Shown here: positions 28,511 to 38,383 of the stretch, piece after piece | How the letters are laid out: every line of letters starts with the position of its first letter | Position numbering within the stretch: the stretch's first letter is position 1 | Origin: an uncultured Planctomycetales bacterium | Lineage (GTDB): Bacteria > Omnitrophota > Gorgyraeia > Gygaellales > Profunditerraquicolaceae | Length of the DNA: 47,210 nt | NCBI GenBank assembly: GCA_964582765.1 | Contig: CAZOSW010000005.1 | Coordinates: forward strand, 1 to 47,210 | Direction: 5' to 3' | Program-made: the position numbers and the translations under genes | Notes under the pieces: model-generated | Databases searched by the model: none | What the model was told of the DNA's origin: nothing | The model's input: the letters and a program-made list of their open reading frames with translations, nothing else

Positions 28511-28537
28511 TTATAGATAAAAAAAATTTCTTGTCAA
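28510..28537 (-). promoter_or_regulatory. Sigma-70 promoter of groESL
   Basis: TTGACA-16 nt-TATAAT, touching the CIRCE. Confidence 0.85.
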
Positions 28538-28545
28538 GAGATTTT

Positions 28546-29163
28546 TTAAATCCGGTGATCTGATTTTCTAATTTCAATAGGGCAATCATTTATAAAGCCC
28601 ACGATTTTACTATCGCTGCTTACCAATACAAATTTATCCTGCTTGTATTCAAAATTCAAATGATAATCTGTGCTAACCGTATAAAAAAATAGATTAGGGT
28701 CGCTGACATTAGGGGGATGATATTTTTCAACAAAAAGTTCCTCTTTTATAACTGCCTCTGCTTTATAGGCAGTTGTAAGAGAGCCAGTCCGCATCACATC
28801 ACTTTTAATAACAGTATATTTATATCCTCTTAGGTAATATTCATAATGGCTCAGTGAAACCTTAAAAGTTAAAGACAGTTTTTCCCAATTTTGTTGGAGA
28901 AAAGTGCCTATTTTAATATCTTTATCTTCCTTAGCAGATTTTATCCAGGCATTAATCGCTTGATATAAGGAATCATTAAGTTTTGCTGTCAAGGTAGCTT
29001 CTTCCTGCTGTTTTTTCATTTCGTGATCCCTTAATACCTTCTCAAAAATTGCAGCTGGATCAGTATTATCTTTAGGTTTATTTGTTTCTTCTGCAAAAGA
29101 TACCACGCTAAAGCAGGCTATTATTAGGATAGTTACGATCTTAAACGCGTTTTTTAATCTCAT
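28546..29163 (-). CDS. Hypothetical exported protein
   Basis: 205-aa ORF with a signal-peptide-like N-terminus (..SVVSFA|EE). Overlaps coaX. Confidence 0.8.
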   Translation of the reverse strand: MRLKNAFKIVTILIIACFSVVSFAEETNKPKDNTDPAAIFEKVLRDHEMKKQQEEATLTAKLNDSLYQAINAWIKSAKEDKDIKIGTFLQQNWEKLSLTFKVSLSHYEYYLRGYKYTVIKSDVMRTGSLTTAYKAEAVIKEELFVEKYHPPNVSDPNLFFYTVSTDYHLNFEYKQDKFVLVSSDSKIVGFINDCPIEIRKSDHRI

Positions 29164-29890
29164 TGATATAGATATAATTTATTCCTTTTAAGGTTAAATT
29201 TTTATCAATTTTTATTTTTATCCCTGAGTATCTTTTAATCAAGTCAATATTGCCCCCGGTTCCTAAAACTAGAACGTTTTTACCGAGATGTCTTCTAATC
29301 CTTATCACCAATTCTTTGCATAAAGCTGAGAAGCCAAAAACAATTCCGCTTAAAATACTGTTTTTAGTATCTCGGGCAATAATCCTGCTTGGAGGGCGCA
29401 ATTTAACAAACGGCAGGAGGGCGGTTTTTTCTCCTAGGGCCTTAAGAGAGATTTCCATCCCGGGAACAATTAACCCTCCTAAGTAGATCTGATTTTTAGA
29501 AACTACATCAAAGGTAATGGCAGTGCCTGAGTCTATAATAATTAAAGGCGCGGAGTAAAAAGCGCAGGCTGAATAAGCATTTACAAGGCGGTCCTGGCCC
29601 AATTGGCCCCGCTGATAAAGATTTTTTATAGGAACTACTGCTTTTTTACCTATTATATATGGCTGTTTTCCGGTAAGAAGCTTTAAATCACGCTGCAAGA
29701 CTTTAGTTAACTTCGGTACGACGCTGCATATGACAGTATCGCATAAATTAAAAGTATTTTTTAATTTTTTTTCAAGTTTTGTTTTAGAATACGCCTCTGT
29801 CGGTATATTAAAATTTCTTAAAATCTTATTTGTAGTGGAAAAGATTGCTACGGATATATTCGTATTTCCGATATTAATTGCCAATAGCAC
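29141..29890 (-). CDS. coaX: Type III pantothenate kinase
   Basis: AINIGNTN, SVVP, LGQDR, IDSGTAIT, GGLIVPG and TGG. Confidence 0.93.
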   Translation of the reverse strand: MLLAINIGNTNISVAIFSTTNKILRNFNIPTEAYSKTKLEKKLKNTFNLCDTVICSVVPKLTKVLQRDLKLLTGKQPYIIGKKAVVPIKNLYQRGQLGQDRLVNAYSACAFYSAPLIIIDSGTAITFDVVSKNQIYLGGLIVPGMEISLKALGEKTALLPFVKLRPPSRIIARDTKNSILSGIVFGFSALCKELVIRIRRHLGKNVLVLGTGGNIDLIKRYSGIKIKIDKNLTLKGINYIYINEIKKRV

Positions 29891-29928
29891 TGCGTAACTC
29901 CTTATCTAAACTGGTAATACTGCGGAAA

Positions 29929-31914
29929 TTACTTGAAGTTAGTAGAACTGGTGATTTCTTTAACCTTGTCTCTTAGTTCGATTGCTTTTTCAAATTGTAA
30001 ATTACGCGCGGCCAGCTCCATTTCATATTCTAACTCACTTATATATTTATGCAACTGGTATTGCTCTTTTGGCTCTCCAGTTAGCTCTTGGACAAAATCA
30101 TCCGCCTGCCCTAGGCCCTGGATTCCCTCTTTAATCGACCTTTCGATAGATCGGGGGGTAATTTTATTCTTCCGGTTATATTCCTGTTGAATAGCCCTTC
30201 TACGGCTACTTTCACTGATTGCCTTTTTCATTGAGCGGGTAATCGTATCAGCGTACATAATTACTGTTCCGTTTAGATTGCGTGCCGCCCGTCCACCGAC
30301 TTGGATAAGGCTTGTAGCAGAACGCAAGAATCCTTCTTTATCCGCATCCAAAATAGCTACCAGCGAAACTTCTGGTAAATCTAGGCCTTCGCGCAACAGA
30401 TTAATCCCTACTAAACAATCAAATTTTTTTTCGCGTAATTCCTTTAATATCACAGAACGCTGGATAGTTTGTATCTCAGAATGCAGGTATTTTACTTTTA
30501 TCCCATTTTCTCTGAGATAATTAGCTAGATCCTCAGAACTTCTTTTTGTAAGCGTAGTCACCAGGACTCTTTGATTATTTTTAGCGCGTTCTTTTATCTG
30601 GCGGATCAAATCTTCTATCTGTCCGTCTGATGGCTTAACAATAATTTCTGGGTCAATCAATCCGGTAGGACGAATAATCTGCTCAACTACCTTATTGCGG
30701 CTTAATTTCAGCTCATATTCATCAGGCGTAGCTGAAACAAAAACAAATTGTTTTGTCAAGCGATTGAATTCATCGAATTTTAACGGGCGGTTATCTAAGC
30801 ATGAGGGAAGCCTGAAACCATAGTTTACCAAAGTCTCTTTCCTTGCCCTGTCTCCGGCATACATACCCCTTATTTGGGGTATAGTTGCATGGGATTCATC
30901 TACAATAGTCAGAAAATCTTCTCCTGTAAAATAATCAATCATTGAATAAGGCCGCGAGCCGGCCGGCCGGCCGCTTAGGTGCCGAGAATAATTTTCTATT
31001 CCGTGGCAATAGCCGACTTCTTTGAGCATTTCTAAATCATAATTTGTACGCGAATCCAGGCGTTGAGCCTCTAACAGTTTATTCTTTTCTTTTAGAATTT
31101 TTAACTGTTCAGCAAGTTCCTCTTTTATGGATTTTATCGCCTCATCTATGCTATCTACGGGAACGATAAAATGTTTTGCCGGATAAATCCCTATTCTGTC
31201 AACCTGATTCAGCGCTTTAGCTGAAACCGGGTCAATTATGGAAATTTTAGCTATTTTTTCATTGGTTAATTCTATGCGTAATGCCTGTTGGCTGTACGAC
31301 GGAAATACTTCAACCACATCACCGCGTACCCTTAATTTTGAGCGCTTAAACTCATAGTCATTGCGTTCGTATTGAATCTGGATAAGTTTAGAAATTAATT
31401 CTTCACGTTGAATAGGTTGGTTTTTATTTAAAATTAATAGCGACTCCCTATAATCCTGCGGAGAACCTAGATTATAAATACAGGAAACCGATGAAACAAC
31501 AATTACATCTTTACGGCTCATAAGCGAGGTAGTTGCCGAGAGCCTAAGACGGTCTAAGTGTTCATTTACAGAAGAATCCTTTTCTATATAAGTATCTGTT
31601 GAAGGGATATATGCTTCCGGCTGGTAGTAATCGTAATAGCTTACAAAATATTCAACCGCATTATGCGGAAAAAATCCCTTAAATTCTGAATAAAGCTGTG
31701 CAGCTAATGTTTTATTATGAGAGATTACAAGCGTTGGTTTATTTACTTTTGCTATTACATTGGCAAGGGTAAAAGTTTTACCGCTGCCGGTTGTGCCTAA
31801 AAGTGTATTGTAGCGCTCCTTAGCCAGGAGAATTTTAGAAAGATCCCGTATTGCTTTAGGTTGGTCACCGCACGGTTGTAAACTTGAAACAAGCTTAAAT
31901 TTACCCATAACCAC
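29929..31914 (-). CDS. uvrB: Excinuclease ABC subunit B
   Basis: GDQP, GTTGSGKT, YYDYYQPEAY, DESH, GRAARN and C-terminal UVR domain. Confidence 0.98.
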   Translation of the reverse strand: MVMGKFKLVSSLQPCGDQPKAIRDLSKILLAKERYNTLLGTTGSGKTFTLANVIAKVNKPTLVISHNKTLAAQLYSEFKGFFPHNAVEYFVSYYDYYQPEAYIPSTDTYIEKDSSVNEHLDRLRLSATTSLMSRKDVIVVSSVSCIYNLGSPQDYRESLLILNKNQPIQREELISKLIQIQYERNDYEFKRSKLRVRGDVVEVFPSYSQQALRIELTNEKIAKISIIDPVSAKALNQVDRIGIYPAKHFIVPVDSIDEAIKSIKEELAEQLKILKEKNKLLEAQRLDSRTNYDLEMLKEVGYCHGIENYSRHLSGRPAGSRPYSMIDYFTGEDFLTIVDESHATIPQIRGMYAGDRARKETLVNYGFRLPSCLDNRPLKFDEFNRLTKQFVFVSATPDEYELKLSRNKVVEQIIRPTGLIDPEIIVKPSDGQIEDLIRQIKERAKNNQRVLVTTLTKRSSEDLANYLRENGIKVKYLHSEIQTIQRSVILKELREKKFDCLVGINLLREGLDLPEVSLVAILDADKEGFLRSATSLIQVGGRAARNLNGTVIMYADTITRSMKKAISESSRRRAIQQEYNRKNKITPRSIERSIKEGIQGLGQADDFVQELTGEPKEQYQLHKYISELEYEMELAARNLQFEKAIELRDKVKEITSSTNFK

Positions 31915-32775
31915 TTAGGTAACCTCTAGATTGATATCTACGGATTTTACCGAATCAGTTAGCTCGCCTACCGAAATTATATCAATTCCGGTGGCTGCAT
32001 ATTTCTTTATGTTACTCAAATTTATGCCTCCACTGGCCTCTAACTTAACTTTTCCGGCGCCCCTAATTTTCACCGCTGCCTTAATATCTTTAATTTTCAT
32101 ATTATCGAGCATGATAACATCCGGATTAAAACGCAAGGCATGCTTAAATTCTTCCAAATTCTGCGTCTCTATTTCAGTTTTATAACCTTTGGGCACGCAA
32201 GGTAAACTAAAGTAACCGCCAAGAATTTTTAAATGGTTATCTTTAATCAAAAGCATCTCATCAAGCCGGATTCTATGATTATAGCCTCCGCCTATCCTAA
32301 CCGCGTATTTCTGCAGCCCCCTTAGGCCGGGGAAAGTTTTACGGGTATCGGTAATTTTTGTTTTGAACGGCCTTATTCTTTTAACAAATTTGCGTGTTTT
32401 TGTGGCAATTCCTGACATTAAAGATAGTAAATTCAAGGCAACTCTTTCTGCCTTTAGAATACTATTGGCGCTGCCTGATATTACAGCAATGGTTTTTCTA
32501 TTCCTAACACTTTTACCATCTTTGGACTTTTTCTCAAACCTGATTCCGGGATCTATGGTTTTAAATACTTTTTCTGCTACACTAAGGCCGCAAAGCAGGA
32601 AATTCTCTTGTGAGATTATTTTAACCCTTATTTGTTTATGCTTAGGGATTGTTAACTGAGTAGTGATATCACCTCTTCCGATATCTTCAGCCAACGCCTG
32701 TTTAATCACTAACATCAGATCCTTTTGATTGATTTGAGGTTTATTATCAGTTAAAAAATATTTATCGTAAGCCAT
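31915..32775 (-). CDS. nadC: Nicotinate-nucleotide pyrophosphorylase
   Basis: AEDIGRGDIT, DTRKT, NHR, IKDNH, MLDN and EASGGI. Confidence 0.96.
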   Translation of the reverse strand: MAYDKYFLTDNKPQINQKDLMLVIKQALAEDIGRGDITTQLTIPKHKQIRVKIISQENFLLCGLSVAEKVFKTIDPGIRFEKKSKDGKSVRNRKTIAVISGSANSILKAERVALNLLSLMSGIATKTRKFVKRIRPFKTKITDTRKTFPGLRGLQKYAVRIGGGYNHRIRLDEMLLIKDNHLKILGGYFSLPCVPKGYKTEIETQNLEEFKHALRFNPDVIMLDNMKIKDIKAAVKIRGAGKVKLEASGGINLSNIKKYAATGIDIISVGELTDSVKSVDINLEVT

Positions 32776-35401
32776 TTTTAATTGTTTCTAACTTAGAAAT
32801 CTGCGCCTGCATATCCGTTAATTTAGTTTTTTCCGCATCTACAATTTCTTTGGGCGCACGGGCAGTAAAATTCTTATTTTTTAGCATTAATTTTTTATTC
32901 CGGATATCTGATTGCAGCCTATCAATTTTATCTTGAGTTTTCTTAAGTTGCCCTGCTACATCAATTAATCCAGATAGCGGCATTATAATATGCATATTTT
33001 TGAATACCACAGCATACTGGTTCTCATGCGGAACATATTTTTCAATCACGCTCAAATTATTAATCCTTGCTAAATTTTTTATATAGTTAAATAATGGCTG
33101 TATGGATTTTTCCGCCAGCGTATCAGGTAACACTAATTTAATATCAATAAAACTAGCGGGATTAACTTCAAGCTCAGCGCGCATATTCCTGATTGTATTA
33201 ATAATATTAAAAGCCGCCTGAATCTGTTTTTCAACTTTATGGCTAATTAATTCAGGCTGCAGATGCGGCCAGCTCTGTTGCATAATTGAATTTTTAGCAC
33301 CCGGCAGCCGCTGCCAAATCTCCTCGGTTATAAAAGGCATAAAAGGATGCAGAAGCCTTAGAGTTTTCTCCAGCACTTTATACATAACTACCTGTGTTTG
33401 CTTCTGGTTTATTTGCGGTTTGATTAATTCCAAATACCAATCGCAGAATTCATGCCAAAAAAACGAGTATAAACTATTAGCTGCTTCATTGAATTTATAA
33501 CTCTCTAATTCTTTTTCAACTTTACTCAAAGTCGAATAGAAACGGCTTAATATCCAGCGGTTGGCAATATCAAGATCCTGGGATTGAGAGAAAACACACA
33601 GATCAACTTTTACTTCCTCGGGTTTAAGGTTTATCAGGATGAATCTTGAAGCATTCCATATTTTATTGGAAAAATTCCTGCCTTGTTCAAACCTTTCCTT
33701 AGAGAGAAACACATCCTGGCCCTGCGAAGTTATAGATACAAGGCTAAAACGTAAAGCATCTGTGCCGTATTCAGCGATAATCTCTAAAGGGTCAATAACG
33801 TTACCTAAGGATTTGGACATCTTTTTGCCTTCAATATCCCGCACGGTGCCGTGAATATAAACATCTTTAAAAGGAAACTGCTTCTTAAATTCAAAACCGG
33901 CCATAATCATACGCGCTACCCAAAAAAAGATGATCTCAGGAGCAGTAACTAAAGTTGAAGTAGGATAAAAATATTTTATATCGGCGTTTTCATTAGGCCA
34001 ATAGAACGTGGCAAAAGGCCAAAGCCAGCTGGAAAACCAGGTGTCTAAAACGTCTTTATCTTGATAAAGGGATTTAGAATGACAAACCCTGCATTCTGTA
34101 GGCGGATTAATGCAAGCAATAGATTCTTGCTTGCAATCATTACAGTACCAAATGGGGATTTGATGCCCCCACCATATCTGGCGAGAAATACACCAGTCCT
34201 GAATATTTTCCATCCAATTTAGATAAACCTTTGTCCAGCGGCTAGGATAAAATTTTATTTTTCCTTTTTTTACAGCTTCAATAGCCGGTTTCGCTAAGGG
34301 TGCCATTTTAACAAACCATTGACGGGACAAATATGGTTCAATAATAGTATGGCAGCGATAACAATGGCCGGCTGAAATTTTATGCAGTTCTTCTTTGACT
34401 AAATATCCTTTATCTGATAGATCTTGTAAAATGCGGCTCCGGGCTACGAACCTATCCATTCCTGAATAGTTACCGGCATTTTCGTTCATTGTGCCATCAG
34501 GGTGCATAACATTAATAAACCCGAGTTTGTGTTTTTTTCCAGTTAAGTAATCATTGAAATCATGTGCTGGTGTAATTTTGACCGCTCCGGTTCCAAATTC
34601 CATATCTACCGAGGCATCAGAAATTATTTTAATCTCTCGGTTCAAAAGAGGCAGAATGACCGTTGCATCAATAAATTTTTTATAACGTTTGTCTTTTGGA
34701 TTGACGGCAACCGCTGTGTCGCCAAGCATGGTTTCCGGACGAGTAGTAGCGACAATAATAGATTCTTTTGTATTTTTCTTAAAAGGATATTTTAAAAAGT
34801 AAAGCTTACCTTGATTTTCTTGATGCAGAGCTTCTTCGTCAGAAAGCGCAGTTTGACAACGTGGGCACCAATTGATAACTTTGTCCCCCTGATAGATAAG
34901 CCCTTTTTCCCAAAGCAAAACAAAAGCAGTTCTTACGGACTTAGAATAGGCTTCATCCATAGTAAAACGCTCGCGAGCCCAATCGCAGGCGCAACCAAGT
35001 TTTTTAAGTTGATTAATTATGGTCGAGCCGTATTGTTCTTTCCATTCCCAGACCCTAGAAATAAATTTATCGCGGCCTAAATCTTGCCGTTTTATCCCCT
35101 CTTTAGCCAAAGCTTTTTCTACAACATTTTGCGTGGCGATACCGGCATGATCAGTCCCGGGCATCCAGAGAGTTTGGAAGCCCTTCATTTTTTTATAACG
35201 GATTAAGATATCCTGAATGCTGTTATTAAGCGCATGGCCCATATGCAGGATGCCTGTAACATTAGGGGGCGGGATAACTATAGTATATGGTTTTTTATCA
35301 GGGGAAATTCCGGCGGAAAAAAGTTTATTTTTCTCCCAGATTGCGTACCACTTACTTTCAGTTTCTTTTGGGTTATATTGTTTAGAAAGTTCTTCAGGCA
35401 T
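32762..35401 (-). CDS. valS: Valine--tRNA ligase
   Basis: PPPNVTGILHMGHA, DWCISRQ, KMSKS and C-terminal coiled coil. Confidence 0.98.
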   Translation of the reverse strand: MPEELSKQYNPKETESKWYAIWEKNKLFSAGISPDKKPYTIVIPPPNVTGILHMGHALNNSIQDILIRYKKMKGFQTLWMPGTDHAGIATQNVVEKALAKEGIKRQDLGRDKFISRVWEWKEQYGSTIINQLKKLGCACDWARERFTMDEAYSKSVRTAFVLLWEKGLIYQGDKVINWCPRCQTALSDEEALHQENQGKLYFLKYPFKKNTKESIIVATTRPETMLGDTAVAVNPKDKRYKKFIDATVILPLLNREIKIISDASVDMEFGTGAVKITPAHDFNDYLTGKKHKLGFINVMHPDGTMNENAGNYSGMDRFVARSRILQDLSDKGYLVKEELHKISAGHCYRCHTIIEPYLSRQWFVKMAPLAKPAIEAVKKGKIKFYPSRWTKVYLNWMENIQDWCISRQIWWGHQIPIWYCNDCKQESIACINPPTECRVCHSKSLYQDKDVLDTWFSSWLWPFATFYWPNENADIKYFYPTSTLVTAPEIIFFWVARMIMAGFEFKKQFPFKDVYIHGTVRDIEGKKMSKSLGNVIDPLEIIAEYGTDALRFSLVSITSQGQDVFLSKERFEQGRNFSNKIWNASRFILINLKPEEVKVDLCVFSQSQDLDIANRWILSRFYSTLSKVEKELESYKFNEAANSLYSFFWHEFCDWYLELIKPQINQKQTQVVMYKVLEKTLRLLHPFMPFITEEIWQRLPGAKNSIMQQSWPHLQPELISHKVEKQIQAAFNIINTIRNMRAELEVNPASFIDIKLVLPDTLAEKSIQPLFNYIKNLARINNLSVIEKYVPHENQYAVVFKNMHIIMPLSGLIDVAGQLKKTQDKIDRLQSDIRNKKLMLKNKNFTARAPKEIVDAEKTKLTDMQAQISKLETIKNGLR

Positions 35402-35442
35402 TTTTATATTATTAATGCAGTAGGCTAGGGAATTTTAAAATT

Positions 35443-35551
35443 GGTCGATAGTCGATGGCCTATGGTTAATAAAACCATTGGTTGTTAGCTCTTGGCTCAT
35501 ATCTCATAGGTCTCATTGTAAGTTTCCTGCGAGCTAAAAACTATGAGCTAA
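35443..35551. repeat. Composite element: family A half-copy (35443-35474) plus family B copy B3 (35479-35551)
   Basis: GGTCGAT AGTCGAT GGCCTAT GGTTAAT AAAA, then TGGTTGT TAGCTCT TGGCTCA TATCTCA TAGGTCT CATTGTA...GAGCTAA AAACTAT GAGCTAA. Contains the cimA TAG stop. Confidence 0.85.
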
Positions 35552-37112
35552 TTTGATCTTTCAGTAGTTTATATTCAACGCTATCAACCAAGGCTTGCCA
35601 ACTGGCTTCAATTATATTTTCATGAACACCGATTGTGTTCCAGACATCTTCTGCATCCTGAGACTGAATCAATACGCGCACGCGTGCCGCAGTGCCCGCT
35701 TTCTCATCTAAGACCCTAACCTTAAAATCAGATAGATGCATCTTGGCTAAAGTAGGATAAAAATCTTTCAGCGCTTTACGTAAGGCATTATCTAAGGCGT
35801 TTATCGGGCCGTCGCCTTCAGCAGCGGTATGTTCTCTTATTCCATTTACCCTTAATTTTATAATTGCTTCAGAAATGATTTTTTTATCCTCTGTTTTTTC
35901 AATAACTACCTTAAAACCTTCCAGCTCAAAAAACTTTTTAAATTTTTTTAGTGCTCTCTGCATTAGTATTTGGAATGACGCCTCAGCAGCCTCAAATTGG
36001 AATCCTTTATGTTCTAAAGATTGCACTAAATCCAGGATCTTTTTTGTTTGCGGGTCACCTTTACTTAAATTATAATTTAAAGCTTTGGCCCTTAGCAGAA
36101 TCCCGGTTTTCCCCCCTAATTCCGAAACTAAAATCCTTCGATGGTTTCCTACTAAACTTGGATCAATATGCTCATAGGTTAGAGGATTCTTCATTATAGC
36201 ATTAATATGCATGCCCCCCTTATGCGCAAACGCAGAATCCCCTACAAAAGGTTGTTCATTTTTGACGCGCATATTGCTGATCTCGCTGACAAAATGCGAA
36301 AGATGTGAGAGTCTTTTTAACTGTACATCGGAAACACAATTAATTCCCATTTTAATCTTTAGATTTGCAATAATAGGAATCAAATCTGCGTTTCCGCAGC
36401 GTTCTCCGTATCCATTAATAGTCCCCTGAATAATGTTTATCCCGGCTTCTACAGCTGCTAAGGAATTAGCTATCGCAACGCCTGCGTCATTATGGCAATG
36501 AATACCTAAATCAATCTTAATTTTACTTTTAATTTCTCTGATTATTCTGACCGTCTTAGCAGTAAGAGTCCCTCCATTAGTATCGCAAAGGCAAATGGAT
36601 TTTGCTCCTGCTGTATGCGCAGAGCTAAGGGTCTTTAAAGCATAATCCTTATTTGCCTCGTAGGCCTCAAAAAAATGTTCGGCGTCATAAAAAACAATAA
36701 ATCCTTTTTTAACCAAAAAACTTACCGTATCAGAAATCATTGCCAAATTTTCGTTCAGCGTTGTTTTTAGGACCTCAGTAACATGAAAATCCCAAGTTTT
36801 ACCGACAATAGTAATAACCTGCGCTTTTGATTTTAGGAGAGCTGCAATGTTGCTATCATGGCTTGCAGAAATTTTTGGCCTGCGAGTCATGCTAAAAGCT
36901 GCTATCTTAGAATTTTTAAGCTGAATCTTGCTTATCTTCTCAAAAAATTCTCTGTCTTTAGGGTTAGAACCGGGCCAGCCGCCTTCAATATAATGAATAC
37001 CGAATTTATCCAGCTCTTCTGCAATACGGACCTTATCCATTACTGAATAAGATATTCCTTCTGCCTGCGAACCGTCCCTTAATGTCGTATCGTATAATTT
37101 TACATTACCCAT
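35541..37112 (-). CDS. cimA: Citramalate synthase
   Basis: YDTTLRDGSQAEG, IEGGWPGSNPKD, YDAEHFF, HCHND, AFAHKGGMH and LeuA-type allosteric domain. Confidence 0.93.
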   Translation of the reverse strand: MGNVKLYDTTLRDGSQAEGISYSVMDKVRIAEELDKFGIHYIEGGWPGSNPKDREFFEKISKIQLKNSKIAAFSMTRRPKISASHDSNIAALLKSKAQVITIVGKTWDFHVTEVLKTTLNENLAMISDTVSFLVKKGFIVFYDAEHFFEAYEANKDYALKTLSSAHTAGAKSICLCDTNGGTLTAKTVRIIREIKSKIKIDLGIHCHNDAGVAIANSLAAVEAGINIIQGTINGYGERCGNADLIPIIANLKIKMGINCVSDVQLKRLSHLSHFVSEISNMRVKNEQPFVGDSAFAHKGGMHINAIMKNPLTYEHIDPSLVGNHRRILVSELGGKTGILLRAKALNYNLSKGDPQTKKILDLVQSLEHKGFQFEAAEASFQILMQRALKKFKKFFELEGFKVVIEKTEDKKIISEAIIKLRVNGIREHTAAEGDGPINALDNALRKALKDFYPTLAKMHLSDFKVRVLDEKAGTAARVRVLIQSQDAEDVWNTIGVHENIIEASWQALVDSVEYKLLKDQISS

Positions 37113-37132
37113 AGTTACCCCTTATCTATTTA

Positions 37133-37165
37133 CCCTGTTAGAAAACTTAAAATTCTTTAACGGGG
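37133..37165. repeat. CCCTGTTAGA...TTAACGGGG palindromic element (family D, D2) overlapping the lysC stop
   Basis: CCCTGTTAGAAAA-CTTAAAA-TTCTTTAACGGGG. Confidence 0.55.
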
Positions 37166-38383
37166 CTTACTCAATCCAAATTCTTCATGTAATTGTTTGA
37201 CCGCAGTCTCTGCGTTTTTTTTCTTAATAATACAAGAAATACTGATCTCGGATGTAGAAATCATCTCGATATTAATATAATTATCGGCTAATACCCCAAA
37301 CATTTTTGCGGCAACGCCATGATGTGATTTCATGCCCACTCCTACAATTGAAACACGTGCAATATCTTCATCTATTAATACATCACCGGCACCTATTTTT
37401 TTTGCTACTTTTTTAGTAATCCTGCTTGCCTTGGCTGAATCTGTCTTGGTAGTTGTAAAAGATATATCTGTTGAGCGGGTATGGCTCACATTTTGCACAA
37501 TCATATCAACGCTAAGGCCAGCTAAAGCCAATTCCTTAAATAATTTTGCTGCGGCACCCGGTTTATCAAGGACACTGCAAAGAGTGATTTTGGCCTCATT
37601 TTTATTTAAAGTTATTCCGCTTACAACCACATCCTCCATTTTTTTTACCTCCTTAATAATCATTGTCCCGATATTATTACTAAATGACGAACGCACATGC
37701 AAAGGTACGTCAAATTTTTTGGCCACTTCAATAGAGCGTGCCTGCATTACTTGTGCGCCTAAAGAGGCCATCTCAAGCATCTCATCATAGGTAATCTCTT
37801 TGATCTTTTGAGCTTTTGGTTCAATTCGCGGATCAGTAGTATAAATTCCTTCTACATCGGTATAAATTTCACAAGAATCTGCCTTAAGTTCTTTAGCAAG
37901 GGCTACGGCAGTAAGATCTGAGCCTCCGCGGCCTAAGGTAGTAATATCATGATTTAAGGTTACGCCTTGGAAACCTGCAACAATAACAATATTTTTTCTT
38001 TTCAGTTCATCCTTAATTTTATCTACATTAATTTTAATAATCCGAGCGCGGGTATGGCTGGTGTCAGTAATTATGCCGACCTGAAAGCCGGTGAATGAAA
38101 TCGCCGGAGACCCTAATTTATGAATTGCCATAGCCAAAAGAGCTACGGAGATCTGTTCTCCGGTTGACAATAACATATCCATCTCTCGCACTGGCGGATT
38201 TAGATTTATTTTATTTGCTAATTCAACTAATTCGTCAGTAGTGTCTCCTAAGGCAGAAACAACTACAACCAACTGGAATCCTTTCTTACTGCGGCTAACC
38301 ACTCTTTCTGCTACCTTTTGAATACGCTCAACATTAGCTACAGATGAGCCGCCATATTTTTGCACTACCAAGCCTTTATGCAT
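37157..38383 (-). CDS. lysC: Aspartate kinase
   Basis: VQKYGGSSV, TTLGRGGSD, YTDVEG and two ACT domains. Confidence 0.97.
   Translation of the reverse strand: MHKGLVVQKYGGSSVANVERIQKVAERVVSRSKKGFQLVVVVSALGDTTDELVELANKINLNPPVREMDMLLSTGEQISVALLAMAIHKLGSPAISFTGFQVGIITDTSHTRARIIKINVDKIKDELKRKNIVIVAGFQGVTLNHDITTLGRGGSDLTAVALAKELKADSCEIYTDVEGIYTTDPRIEPKAQKIKEITYDEMLEMASLGAQVMQARSIEVAKKFDVPLHVRSSFSNNIGTMIIKEVKKMEDVVVSGITLNKNEAKITLCSVLDKPGAAAKLFKELALAGLSVDMIVQNVSHTRSTDISFTTTKTDSAKASRITKKVAKKIGAGDVLIDEDIARVSIVGVGMKSHHGVAAKMFGVLADNYINIEMISTSEISISCIIKKKNAETAVKQLHEEFGLSKPR

Noticed and set aside
30956-30974. GCCG tandem/palindrome in uvrB as an inserted element
   Set aside because: It encodes the normal HLSGRPAGSRP segment of UvrB, with no apparent extra length.
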